Part shown: positions 1-6,671 of the stretch, one piece after another
Layout: each line of letters begins with the position of its first letter
Position numbering within the stretch: position 1 is the first letter of the stretch
IMG/VR virus record: IMGVR_UViG_3300045988_057496
Length of the DNA: 41,862 nt
Source of the DNA: a virus
Reading direction: 5' to 3' (one strand)
Notes under the pieces: model-generated
Told to the model about the DNA's origin: nothing
Databases searched by the model: none
The model's input: the letters and a program-made list of their open reading frames with translations, nothing else
Position numbers and translations under genes: made by a program

Positions 1-55
1 GGCGGGGAGCTTGCCGGGCAGCTGTTGCAAAAATTGCAACAACCTTGCAACCACG
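1..55. repeat. Terminal direct repeat, copy 1 (identical to 41808-41862)
   Basis: ggcggggagcttgccgggcagctgttgcaaaaattgcaacaaccttgcaaccacg occurs exactly at both ends of the window. The ORF starting at 41658 continues through the junction and stops at TAA 58-60. Confidence 0.95.
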
Positions 56-84
56 AATAACAACGCGCATATTTTGCGCTGATT

Positions 85-174
85 CAGCGTAAAACGTGCA
101 AAAGTCAGCGTAAATTTTAACGCTTCAACGAAAATGAATAAATTTTTAACTGGTTTTGCGCAATTTTTTACGCT
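85..174. promoter_or_regulatory. AT-rich region with three AGCGTAAA boxes (85-94 and 106-115 direct, 167-174 inverted) and small palindromes (65-79, 155-162)
   Basis: cAGCGTAAAa and cAGCGTAAAt lie on the plus strand. TTTACGCT (the reverse complement) overlaps the -35 of the 174-203 promoter. These are candidate regulator binding sites. Confidence 0.35.
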
Positions 175-203
175 TGACGATATACAACCAACGGTTTTAT
201 AAT
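174..203 (+). promoter_or_regulatory. Sigma-70-type promoter TTGACG-18-TATAAT directed antisense into the 3' end of the minus-strand gene 220-936
   Basis: TTGACG 174-179, 18-nt spacer, TATAAT 198-203. No plus-strand ORF lies downstream. Confidence 0.4.
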
Positions 204-219
204 ATGGTTGTAAACAAGT

Positions 220-936
220 TTACAGGCCAAGCAACTGAGCTTTCTTTGCGTTGTACTCCGCTTCCGTGATGGCCCCCATATCCAGTAGCTGCTTAAACTT
301 CAAAAGTTCATCGGCGGAGCTGGGGGCAGTCGGAGCGGTGCCCTGCGGCTGTTCTGGAGAGTCTTTGCAAATCTTGAGAAACGCAGTCATTCCGCCTGGA
401 TAAACCGTTGTCGGCAAGTTGCTTTCGCCCAGCGGAAGCACAAAGTGGATAGATACGCTCTCCTTACTACGACCCTTGCGGGTCTCTGTTTTGGCAGTGG
501 CAGCGCCCACGATTGCACCCACAGGACCGGCAACAGCTGCACCGATCACGGCACGGCCAATGCCGCCTTTGGTCTCGGTCACCGTCAGATCGTCTGGCAC
601 GTCAGATTCATACCCGGCGACTTCATCAAAGCTGTAGATCATACGAGGGCCTTTATCACCGCCGCGGTGCCCAAAGCAAAAAAGCCGGTTGGGTTTGTCA
701 ATCGACACAAAGAGCGCGTCACCATCATAGATGGAATCGGTTTCTTTGAACGCCTTGCGGCGGCATTCCAATGTAGCCCAGTAACCAGCAAGGGCGGCTG
801 TCGGTTGCTTTGCTGCCCGGATGCCCAATTTTGAAAAGAAAAAGTTACTGCACCCGGCACAGATCGGGCCGTCAACGCTCTTCTCCCGATTCAGCAAGCC
901 AAGCTTGCCACCGCAGACAGGGCAGGTATTCGCCAT
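220..936 (-). CDS. Zinc-ribbon / PH-like / glycine-zipper / SHOCT-domain protein (possible membrane-acting exclusion or abortive-infection effector)
   Basis: 238 aa. It has an N-terminal CPVCG...CAGC zinc ribbon, a central beta-rich segment, and a GGIGRAVIGAAVAGPVGAIVGAA glycine zipper. The C-terminal ELLKFKQLLDMGAITEAEYNAKKAQLL matches the SHOCT domain pattern. Its start abuts the stop of the upstream ORF (939). Confidence 0.75.
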   Translation of the reverse strand: MANTCPVCGGKLGLLNREKSVDGPICAGCSNFFFSKLGIRAAKQPTAALAGYWATLECRRKAFKETDSIYDGDALFVSIDKPNRLFCFGHRGGDKGPRMIYSFDEVAGYESDVPDDLTVTETKGGIGRAVIGAAVAGPVGAIVGAATAKTETRKGRSKESVSIHFVLPLGESNLPTTVYPGGMTAFLKICKDSPEQPQGTAPTAPSSADELLKFKQLLDMGAITEAEYNAKKAQLLGL

Positions 937-938
937 GA

Positions 939-1532
939 TTACACCTCATCTTTTGATTTTATAAAATTCTGCATTTTGTCAAAACGCAAAATCACACAAC
1001 CCATCATTGAATTTGTAATTCGTTCATCTGAAAAAGAATCTTTCCATTTTTGAATAGAATTTGCTTTTCCCTTTTGGGTTTTCAAGGTCAGGAGTTTTTC
1101 CAGCTGCTTGATATAAGAATTTTCGACAACAACTTCAAAAAGGTCAAAAAGAGAAAACTTCATCATATCATAAAGCTCAGTAGGGCTAAAATCAAATTTG
1201 AACCCCATCCTCTCATACTTCTTGAGCTCATCGAGCGTATCGAGAATCATATCATATCTTGAAAACAGAACATCGATATCTGAAGTCCTCTCTATCACTA
1301 GAAAAGAGTCCAAAACTTTCCGTATCCGTTCTGGTATTGTTTCTTCTGGGAAATCCACAAATTCTTTCCCAGTGTCAGGATCGATTAAAACAACGGGATC
1401 TGGTGATTTGCTCCACTTAGCGTTCGGGCTCACAAAACGCAACGGCTCTTGGGCTTCAGGATCGTCTTTTTTCTTGAAGACCGCATTGATAACCCGCGTG
1501 ATATTTTTTCGAAATCCAACATTCCATATCAC
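939..1532 (-). CDS. Hypothetical protein, AT-rich, co-transcribed with the SHOCT protein
   Basis: The ORF is open to 1568. GTG at 1532 is preceded by GAGGTG 6 nt upstream, whereas ATG 1568 has no SD. No recognisable motif; the C-terminal half looks helical. Confidence 0.6.
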   Translation of the reverse strand: MIWNVGFRKNITRVINAVFKKKDDPEAQEPLRFVSPNAKWSKSPDPVVLIDPDTGKEFVDFPEETIPERIRKVLDSFLVIERTSDIDVLFSRYDMILDTLDELKKYERMGFKFDFSPTELYDMMKFSLFDLFEVVVENSYIKQLEKLLTLKTQKGKANSIQKWKDSFSDERITNSMMGCVILRFDKMQNFIKSKDEV

Positions 1533-1621
1533 GGGAACCACCTCACATATACAAAAATAGGCAGCCAACCAGCTGCCGAAAAACTAAGTTATCAAGGAAA
1601 ATGCCAAAGGAGGAAAATAAA

Positions 1622-1771
1622 GTGCAAGAAACTAGCACAAAACGCGCAAAGTGTGATACAATAGAAAAAGAAAAGTGCCGTCTCAAAGCTTTATTTTCCT
1701 CTCTGTCGGCACAGGAAAAACAAGACGTGCTTTCCTATGCGGAAAGCTTGCTCAACAGCAGAAAGGAGTAA
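1622..1771 (+). CDS. Small hypothetical protein (49 aa)
   Basis: GTG start 8 nt after AAAGGAGG. Below the ORF-track size cut-off. Divergent from the 939-1532 gene. Confidence 0.35.
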   Translation: MQETSTKRAKCDTIEKEKCRLKALFSSLSAQEKQDVLSYAESLLNSRKE

Positions 1772-1775
1772 ATCC

Positions 1776-2225
1776 GTGGACAAGTACGAGATTGAACTAG
1801 GCCGGTACAAAACCAGAATTTTTGCTCTTCTGGCAACGGAAGCGTCCGGCCTGCCCGGAATCAAAAGCGAAGAGTGCGCAAATTGCGACCACAGGTGCTC
1901 TCTTGAAATCGGGTGTTACTGCTTCAATTACGGATGCGGAAAGGGTAAGACCACGGAAGAGCTGCACGAAGCATTTGACCGCGTTTGTGATGCCCTTAAA
2001 ATTTCTGACCGAAGATGGACACCAGCAAATCCAATGCGGCCTGAAGTATTTGATTCTCCCGATCTGCTCGAAGTTCTTGAAGATAGGCTTCTCCAGTTAG
2101 CGGAAGAGAATAAATGTACTCGCTGGGAAGAAAACCACCCACCCCGTCAGGAATGTACTCTTTTCGGCGCTCATCAATCAGACCGCGGCTCTTCAAATTC
2201 TGAATGTACCGATTCTGGCCGTTGA
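1776..2225 (+). CDS. Cys-rich hypothetical protein (CANCDHRC...CYCFNYGCG), extent uncertain
   Basis: GTG 1776 lies 7 nt after AAAGGAG. The last ~230 nt run antisense to the better-supported minus-strand gene 1996-2337. Confidence 0.3.
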   Translation: MDKYEIELGRYKTRIFALLATEASGLPGIKSEECANCDHRCSLEIGCYCFNYGCGKGKTTEELHEAFDRVCDALKISDRRWTPANPMRPEVFDSPDLLEVLEDRLLQLAEENKCTRWEENHPPRQECTLFGAHQSDRGSSNSECTDSGR

Positions 2226-2337
2226 GACTAAAATCCTCGCCGGAAATGAGGCAAACTTCATGCTGATTCATTTTTCCGTTGTGCTTCTCCATATATAATA
2301 GGAGAGCCAGACTTTTCTTATCCAAGAACTCAGCCAT
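1996..2337 (-). CDS. Hypothetical protein (possible winged-helix DNA binder)
   Basis: 113 aa from ATG 2337 (SD GAAGGGA). It overlaps the end of the repressor gene by 8 nt, suggesting translational coupling. LLLYMEKHNGKMNQHEVCLISG...NRYIQNLKSRGLIDERR is wHTH-like. Confidence 0.55.
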   Translation of the reverse strand: MAEFLDKKSLALLLYMEKHNGKMNQHEVCLISGEDFSLNGQNRYIQNLKSRGLIDERRKEYIPDGVGGFLPSEYIYSLPLTGEAYLQELRADRENQILQAALDLLVSIFGQKF

Positions 2338-2695
2338 TGGGGTTTTCCCTTCTTGAAGCAACCTTAAATTTTGCATATTGCAGCACGTCAGCAAGCTCCT
2401 GTTCGGTCAACTGATCGAGCACGGCGTTGAATGCTGCATCCAGCCCACTCCCTTCACCGGGGGCGGGCTTTTCTTTTTGCTCGCTTTCGCCGGTGAGCTC
2501 TTTAGAATCAACTCCAAAGTAGGTTGCGATTTTTTCAACGGTTGCTTTTCGCGGGGCGCTTCCATTTGCCCATCTTGTTACAGAAGAGCGCTGAAGCCCC
2601 ATATCCTCTGCTACGGCAGATGGCGACTTGCCAATGCTATTGCAAAGGCGAACGAAGTTCAAATAGAACAAAACACCACCCCCGTTTTTGTGCAA
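2330..2695 (-). CDS. CI-like XRE-family HTH repressor
   Basis: NFVRLCNSIGKSPSAVAEDMGLQRSSVTRWANGSAPRKATVEKIATYFGV is a classic XRE/HTH_3 motif. The gene is divergent from the Cro-like gene. TTG starts are possible at 2695 or, better spaced from GGGGGTGGTG, at 2662. Confidence 0.85.
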   Translation of the reverse strand: MHKNGGGVLFYLNFVRLCNSIGKSPSAVAEDMGLQRSSVTRWANGSAPRKATVEKIATYFGVDSKELTGESEQKEKPAPGEGSGLDAAFNAVLDQLTEQELADVLQYAKFKVASRRENPNG

Positions 2696-2729
2696 GTCTA
2701 CAAATAGACAACAAACGCAACAAAACCTA

Positions 2730-2758
2730 TTGAATGTTGCGTTTGTTTACGTTATAAT
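2730..2758 (+). promoter_or_regulatory. Rightward promoter TTGAAT-17-TATAAT with an operator copy in its spacer
   Basis: TTGAAT 2730-2735, 17-nt spacer, TATAAT 2753-2758. This is the best plus-strand promoter upstream of the Cro-like gene and implies a ~500-nt leader. Confidence 0.55.
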
Positions 2759-2788
2759 ACAGACACTGCTTGTGAACAAACGCAACAC

Positions 2789-2817
2789 GAAAAACGCCCG
2801 AACAGAAATCGGGGCGT
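2789..2817 (-). terminator. Intrinsic terminator, minus strand only
   Basis: The minus strand reads ACGCCCCGAtttctgtTCGGGCGTTTTT: a 9-bp stem with one bulge, followed by T5. On the plus strand no T-run follows the hairpin. Confidence 0.55.
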
Positions 2818-3202
2818 CCGAATGCTATTGGTAACCTTGCAATTACATAATAGCACGTTTTGTGAACATTTGCAACAGTATTTTGACACGGCGATAAGAA
2901 AAAATCTGCCTGCGGTTGTTTCACAGACAGACTTTTCACCGATTTGTCACCAGAACGCACTTGCACCCCGGCGGTAATGCAAACATGCGCGTTTGCACGT
3001 CTTTTGCGCCATGCGCGGCGTAAAAGTAACGCCGAGGCTGCAAAAACAACTTGCAGGGCTATGGGTACGCCGCTTCCTTTGGCGGGTCGGCACCGCCTTG
3101 TAAGCCCTAGCGCTTCACGCACTTGCTCGTGTCTGGAACTGGCTGGCTCAAAAGTTGGGTCAATGAAATCACCTTCCTTTTGAATCAGTTTAACTAGGAG
3201 CC
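2790..3202 (-). ncRNA. Candidate ~410-nt leftward non-coding transcript, antisense to the Cro leader
   Basis: It is bounded by the consensus promoter at 3237-3209 and the terminator at 2817-2789. It is GC-rich with many local hairpins, including two with the same ATGCGC loop (2969-2988 and 2991-3016). No SD-led ORF is present. Confidence 0.35.
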
Positions 3203-3208
3203 TTGAAC

Positions 3209-3237
3209 AGTATAGCAAATCGGTGCGCCGTTGTCAA
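3209..3237 (-). promoter_or_regulatory. Leftward promoter TTGACA-17-TATACT
   Basis: The reverse complement of 3201-3240 reads aaaTTGACAacggcgcaccgatttgcTATACTgttcaagg. Confidence 0.55.
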
Positions 3238-3267
3238 TTTATTAACACATAACAGGGAGGTGGAAGA

Positions 3268-3471
3268 GTGCCCGAACCGTGGACTGGCCGTTTGATTGGC
3301 CGAATGCACAACAACAAAGTCACGCTGGAACAGCTTGCCGCTTATCTGGGCTGGACAAAGAGCTACTGCTCGATGATCCTGAATGGCCAGCGCAAGCCGC
3401 GCGGCATCCGCGAGAAAATGGAAGCCGCCGTCAGCGAGATCATCAAGGAAAAGGAGGACAAAACGGCATGA
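3268..3471 (+). CDS. Cro-like small HTH protein
   Basis: 67 aa, with a GTG start after GGGAGGTGG. VTLEQLAAYLGWTKSYCSMILNG is HTH-like. It is the first gene of the rightward operon, divergent from the CI-like gene. Confidence 0.7.
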   Translation: MPEPWTGRLIGRMHNNKVTLEQLAAYLGWTKSYCSMILNGQRKPRGIREKMEAAVSEIIKEKEDKTA

Positions 3472-4247
3472 GCGAATTAAACAATCTCATCCCCATTAGC
3501 TACGATAACCCGGAACGCCCTACGGTGAGCGGCCGGGAGCTGCACGACTTTTTACAGGTCAAGACGGCTTACAAAGACTGGTTTCCCCGCATGGTGGAAT
3601 ATGGCTTCACCGATGGAGAGGACTTTTGCTCAATTTTGAGCGAAAGTACTGGAGGCCGTCCGAGCACCGACCACCAGCTGACCATCCCGATGGCCAAAGA
3701 GCTCTGCATGATCCAGCGAAACGAACGAGGAAAGCAGGCCCGGCAGTATTTCTTGGCCGTGGAGGCGCAGTGGAACAGCCCGGAAGCGGTCATGCGCCGT
3801 GCGGTGCTTATCGCCCAGAAGCAGAACGACCAGCTCAAGGCCGTAAACAAACAGCTTTTGGCAGAGAACAGCGACCTGAAGCCAGATGCAGAGTATGCCA
3901 GGGCCGTGTGCATTGGCGATAACTGCCGGACGGCTACCAGCATTGCAAAGGATTACGGCATGAGCGGCGAGAAGCTGAACAGCATCCTGCACGGTCTGAA
4001 AATCCAGTGGAAGAACAGCGACGGGCAGTGGGTGTTATACGCAAAGTATAGCGGAAAAGGTTACACCAAAAACCGCAAAGGCCGTCCGTTTGAGCACAAC
4101 AGTGGCAAGATCACCACGCCAAACACCACCGTTTGGACGGAAGCGGGCCAGCGGTTTATTTATGAGCAGCTCAAGGCCATTGGCCTGACGCCCAGCATCG
4201 ACCACAAAGAGAATGTGGAACAGACCACGTTTGAAAGGGGTGCGTAA
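3468..4247 (+). CDS. Phage antirepressor (AntA/ORF6N-type N-terminus, KilA-C-type C-terminus)
   Basis: 259 aa. ATG 3468 overlaps the Cro-like stop. Motifs: RPTVSGRELHDFLQVKTAYKDWF...MAKELCMIQRNERGKQARQYF and AEYARAVCIGDNCRTATSIAKDYGMSGEKLNSILH. Confidence 0.85.
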   Translation: MSELNNLIPISYDNPERPTVSGRELHDFLQVKTAYKDWFPRMVEYGFTDGEDFCSILSESTGGRPSTDHQLTIPMAKELCMIQRNERGKQARQYFLAVEAQWNSPEAVMRRAVLIAQKQNDQLKAVNKQLLAENSDLKPDAEYARAVCIGDNCRTATSIAKDYGMSGEKLNSILHGLKIQWKNSDGQWVLYAKYSGKGYTKNRKGRPFEHNSGKITTPNTTVWTEAGQRFIYEQLKAIGLTPSIDHKENVEQTTFERGA

Positions 4248-4248
4248 T

Positions 4249-4458
4249 ATGACGCTGAACCGCCTGATCTGCGCCTGCTGCAACGTGTTTACGGGCGCAA
4301 CAAAAATCAAAGTCGTTGACAACCACGGCAAGGAGCTGTATTTCGGACTCTTGAACGATGGCTTTATCAAGGATTTTGGTGGCCTGACCGTTCGGAATTT
4401 CGAGATCGACGAGATCAAGAAAAACGGCGTCGCAAAGACGCTTACGGCATGGACTTAA
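4249..4458 (+). CDS. Hypothetical protein (69 aa)
   Basis: ATG 4249 follows GAAAGGGG. The track start at 4213 lies inside the previous gene. Confidence 0.55.
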   Translation: MTLNRLICACCNVFTGATKIKVVDNHGKELYFGLLNDGFIKDFGGLTVRNFEIDEIKKNGVAKTLTAWT

Positions 4459-4471
4459 AGGAGGAGCAAGC

Positions 4472-4687
4472 ATGAAAACCACGATGCGCGATAAGGTTTG
4501 CCAGCTGATTGGCAAGTATCAGTTCTTGGAAGAGGACTTCCGTTCAAAGTCGTTTTTCAAGCCCGGGCCATTTTGCGGCCCGTATGGCCAGTCGGAGGAA
4601 GCTATAAAAGCGAAGATGTGCGGCCAGTTCTTGGCCGACCTGAAGAACCTGCTGGAAGAGGACGAGGTGAACGGCCATGAAGCTTGA
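4472..4687 (+). CDS. Hypothetical protein (71 aa)
   Basis: SD AAAGGAGGAG precedes ATG 4472. Confidence 0.6.
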   Translation: MKTTMRDKVCQLIGKYQFLEEDFRSKSFFKPGPFCGPYGQSEEAIKAKMCGQFLADLKNLLEEDEVNGHEA

Positions 4688-4964
4688 AGACCATATCAGG
4701 GCGCTGATCACCCAGTACCAGAAGCTCCAGCAGCGCCATCAGTTCCACGCACAGAACGCCTATTACAAGTTCCAGAGCGATATGTGGCAGGCTATGGCCG
4801 ATGATTTTGGCATCATCGTGGAAGACCTGCAGCAGGCACTCTATTGTGCAGATGATGTGAAGCCCCCGGAACGGCCGGAGCCAAAGAATCCGGAAACCTG
4901 TCGCAAGCTGAACACCGCCACCGCCAGAAAACTTGTTGGCAAGGAGGTGGCGCACCGTGGCTAA
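4677..4964 (+). CDS. Hypothetical protein (95 aa)
   Basis: The start overlaps the previous stop region. The protein looks helical and Q-rich. Confidence 0.6.
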   Translation: MKLEDHIRALITQYQKLQQRHQFHAQNAYYKFQSDMWQAMADDFGIIVEDLQQALYCADDVKPPERPEPKNPETCRKLNTATARKLVGKEVAHRG

Positions 4965-5139
4965 GGCATTGATGATCGTTGCAATCCTCGCTGTGCTGCT
5001 TGGTATCTCGTGGGGTGTTACCTGCGCCGCCGTGTGGGCCATTTGCACGCTGATGCATTGGACGTTCACCTGGGCCGTCGGAACGGCGGCGTGGATCGCG
5101 CTCTGGCTCATCGGCAGCTTTGGCAGCTCTAAGAAGTAA
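4957..5139 (+). CDS. Small membrane protein (two predicted TM helices)
   Basis: 60 aa from GTG 4957 (SD AAGGAGGTGG). Hydrophobic stretches ALMIVAILAVLLGISWGV and AAWIALWLIGSF. Confidence 0.5.
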   Translation: MAKALMIVAILAVLLGISWGVTCAAVWAICTLMHWTFTWAVGTAAWIALWLIGSFGSSKK

Positions 5140-5321
5140 GGTGCACAATGGAAGAAGAAACCATCAAGGAAAACGTCTGGTACATCCTCGAAAACGGCGA
5201 GTTTGTGGAGGTTCAGACGTGAACGGTAAAAATAAGCGCTGGCTTGAGCAGCGATGGGACAAGCGCCAGTCAGAGCGCCTGAAACACATTCAGGCAAAAC
5301 AAAAAAGAAAGGAGAATCCGC

Positions 5322-5567
5322 ATGGAGCAGATGCAGAGGCAAAGGCCCCCGACGCCCGGAATCGGAATCCACGACTGCTGCGAGATTCTGAGGGCAAATC
5401 AGATTCCAAAGACTGAGCGCACACTCACGAAAGAAATTCAGTCGGGAATGTATTCGTGGGCGATTCCGTCCATTGGAACAAAGAGAGCAAATCCAATCAT
5501 TTCCCGCGCCCGGTTTATTGCGTGGATAAAGGATTTTTACATGCTGGAAGAGGTGATAATCCCATGA
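5322..5567 (+). CDS. Putative small DNA-binding protein (excisionase/HTH_17-like)
   Basis: 81 aa, SD AAAGGAG. IHDCCEILRANQIPKTERTLTKEIQSG...ISRARFIAWI resembles MerR/Xis-type HTH proteins. Confidence 0.5.
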   Translation: MEQMQRQRPPTPGIGIHDCCEILRANQIPKTERTLTKEIQSGMYSWAIPSIGTKRANPIISRARFIAWIKDFYMLEEVIIP

Positions 5568-5824
5568 TTCGAGTTTATGCATTTTATACGACTGGCGTCG
5601 CAGCGTTTGTGCTGGCCGTTATGGCCGGAGGCGGAATTGAGAACGCTGCAGGGCTGGTTTCACAGCTTGGTTACATTGCATTGAGCGTGATTCTGCTTGG
5701 TGCTGGACTTTGCCTGTGGGCGCTTGGATTGACGCGAGAGCGGGAGATCAGAGCCGCCAGCAGGAAAGTACACAAGCCCCACGCCCGGCCCCAGAGAATG
5801 GAGGATGAACGATGGAGAGCGTGA
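5564..5824 (+). CDS. Small membrane protein (86 aa)
   Basis: ATG 5564 overlaps the previous stop. Two hydrophobic helices (TTGVAAFVLAVMAGG, YIALSVILLGAGLCLWALGL). Confidence 0.55.
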   Translation: MIRVYAFYTTGVAAFVLAVMAGGGIENAAGLVSQLGYIALSVILLGAGLCLWALGLTREREIRAASRKVHKPHARPQRMEDERWRA

Positions 5825-6033
5825 CCCACTACCATGTTTACGCCTACCACAAAAGCGGCGGGTACGAGGCCAAACGCTTCGAGGGCGACGCCGTGACCGC
5901 ATCGGCGCAGGCCATCCACTACGCGGACCAGATCGCCCACACCTGCGATTACGCCGAGGTGCGGAACGCTGTAGGCGATTTAACTTACACCGTCCGCGAT
6001 ACGCACGGCAAGCTTGCAAATCAACAACGATAA
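5812..6033 (+). CDS. Hypothetical protein (73 aa)
   Basis: The start overlaps the previous gene's end. No motif recognised. Confidence 0.5.
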   Translation: MESVTHYHVYAYHKSGGYEAKRFEGDAVTASAQAIHYADQIAHTCDYAEVRNAVGDLTYTVRDTHGKLANQQR

Positions 6034-6047
6034 AAGGAGACAAAAGC

Positions 6048-6671
6048 ATGAAAACCATCAAAGTCAAAATCACATTCATTGAGCCCGTTCTGGGCACCTT
6101 GCCCGCAAACCCCAACGTGGCCCGGGAGTTCATCGCCAGCAAGAGCCCGGATGCTTCCACCATTGAGGACGAAGTTGCTTCCCTTGGCGCAGATGCAGCC
6201 GCCGATAAGGCCATGACCGTCTTCCCCCGGGACGAGAACGGGCGGCCCGCATTCTGGGACTACCAGATCAAAGGCTTCTTCAAGGACGCCTGCTCGATGC
6301 TGGGCCGTATCGGCGGCAAGACCGAAACTGGAAAGAAGCGGGCTGTGAACGAGTCCGGCAAGCTGACCGCCTACAAGAAAGTCATTGACGGCCTGATCTT
6401 TGTCTCCCCCCGGATGATCCCCATTGATGTGAACGGCGAGATCGGCGATTGCCAGCGACCTCTCCGCGCCCAGACCGCGCAGGGCGAGCGCGTGAGTCTC
6501 GTGAACTCCGAGGAGATCCCCGCAGGTTCCGAGTGCATCATCGAAGTGACCTGCATGGATGACAACCACATGGCAGCCGTTCTGGAGTGGCTGGACTACG
6601 GCAAACTTCGCGGCATCGGCCAGTGGCGCAACAGCGGCAAGGGCCGCTTTACTTACCAAATCCTGAGCTGA
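6048..6671 (+). CDS. Hypothetical protein of the recombination module; C-terminal GIGQWRNSGKG glycine-rich loop
   Basis: 207 aa, with ATG 6048 after AAAAGGAG. The track start at 5805 is upstream read-through. No nuclease motif was seen, and the function is unknown. Confidence 0.7.
   Translation: MKTIKVKITFIEPVLGTLPANPNVAREFIASKSPDASTIEDEVASLGADAAADKAMTVFPRDENGRPAFWDYQIKGFFKDACSMLGRIGGKTETGKKRAVNESGKLTAYKKVIDGLIFVSPRMIPIDVNGEIGDCQRPLRAQTAQGERVSLVNSEEIPAGSECIIEVTCMDDNHMAAVLEWLDYGKLRGIGQWRNSGKGRFTYQILS

Larger units (their letters stand above)
2708..2877. promoter_or_regulatory. Operator-like repeats, consensus AACAAACGCAACA
   Basis: ACAAACGCAACA occurs at 2711-2722, inverted at 2735-2746 and again at 2775-2787. 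A variant AACATTTGCAACA is at 2865-2877. The last two copies share the extended form TGTGAACAnnnGCAACA. Confidence 0.55.

Noticed and set aside
2727-3218. 163-aa minus-strand ORF filling the CI/Cro intergenic region
   Set aside because: Its start lies upstream of the predicted leftward TSS, it crosses the minus-strand terminator, and it has no SD. The region is better explained as regulatory or RNA.
5120-5416. 98-aa plus-strand ORF, and a 24-codon mini-ORF at 5148-5222
   Set aside because: The long ORF is highly basic, has no convincing SD, and overlaps the SD-led gene at 5322. The mini-ORF is too short to support. The 5140-5321 interval is left unannotated.
4602-5582. 326-aa minus-strand ORF across the early region
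   Set aside because: It overlaps five SD-led plus-strand genes. It has no SD and no motifs.
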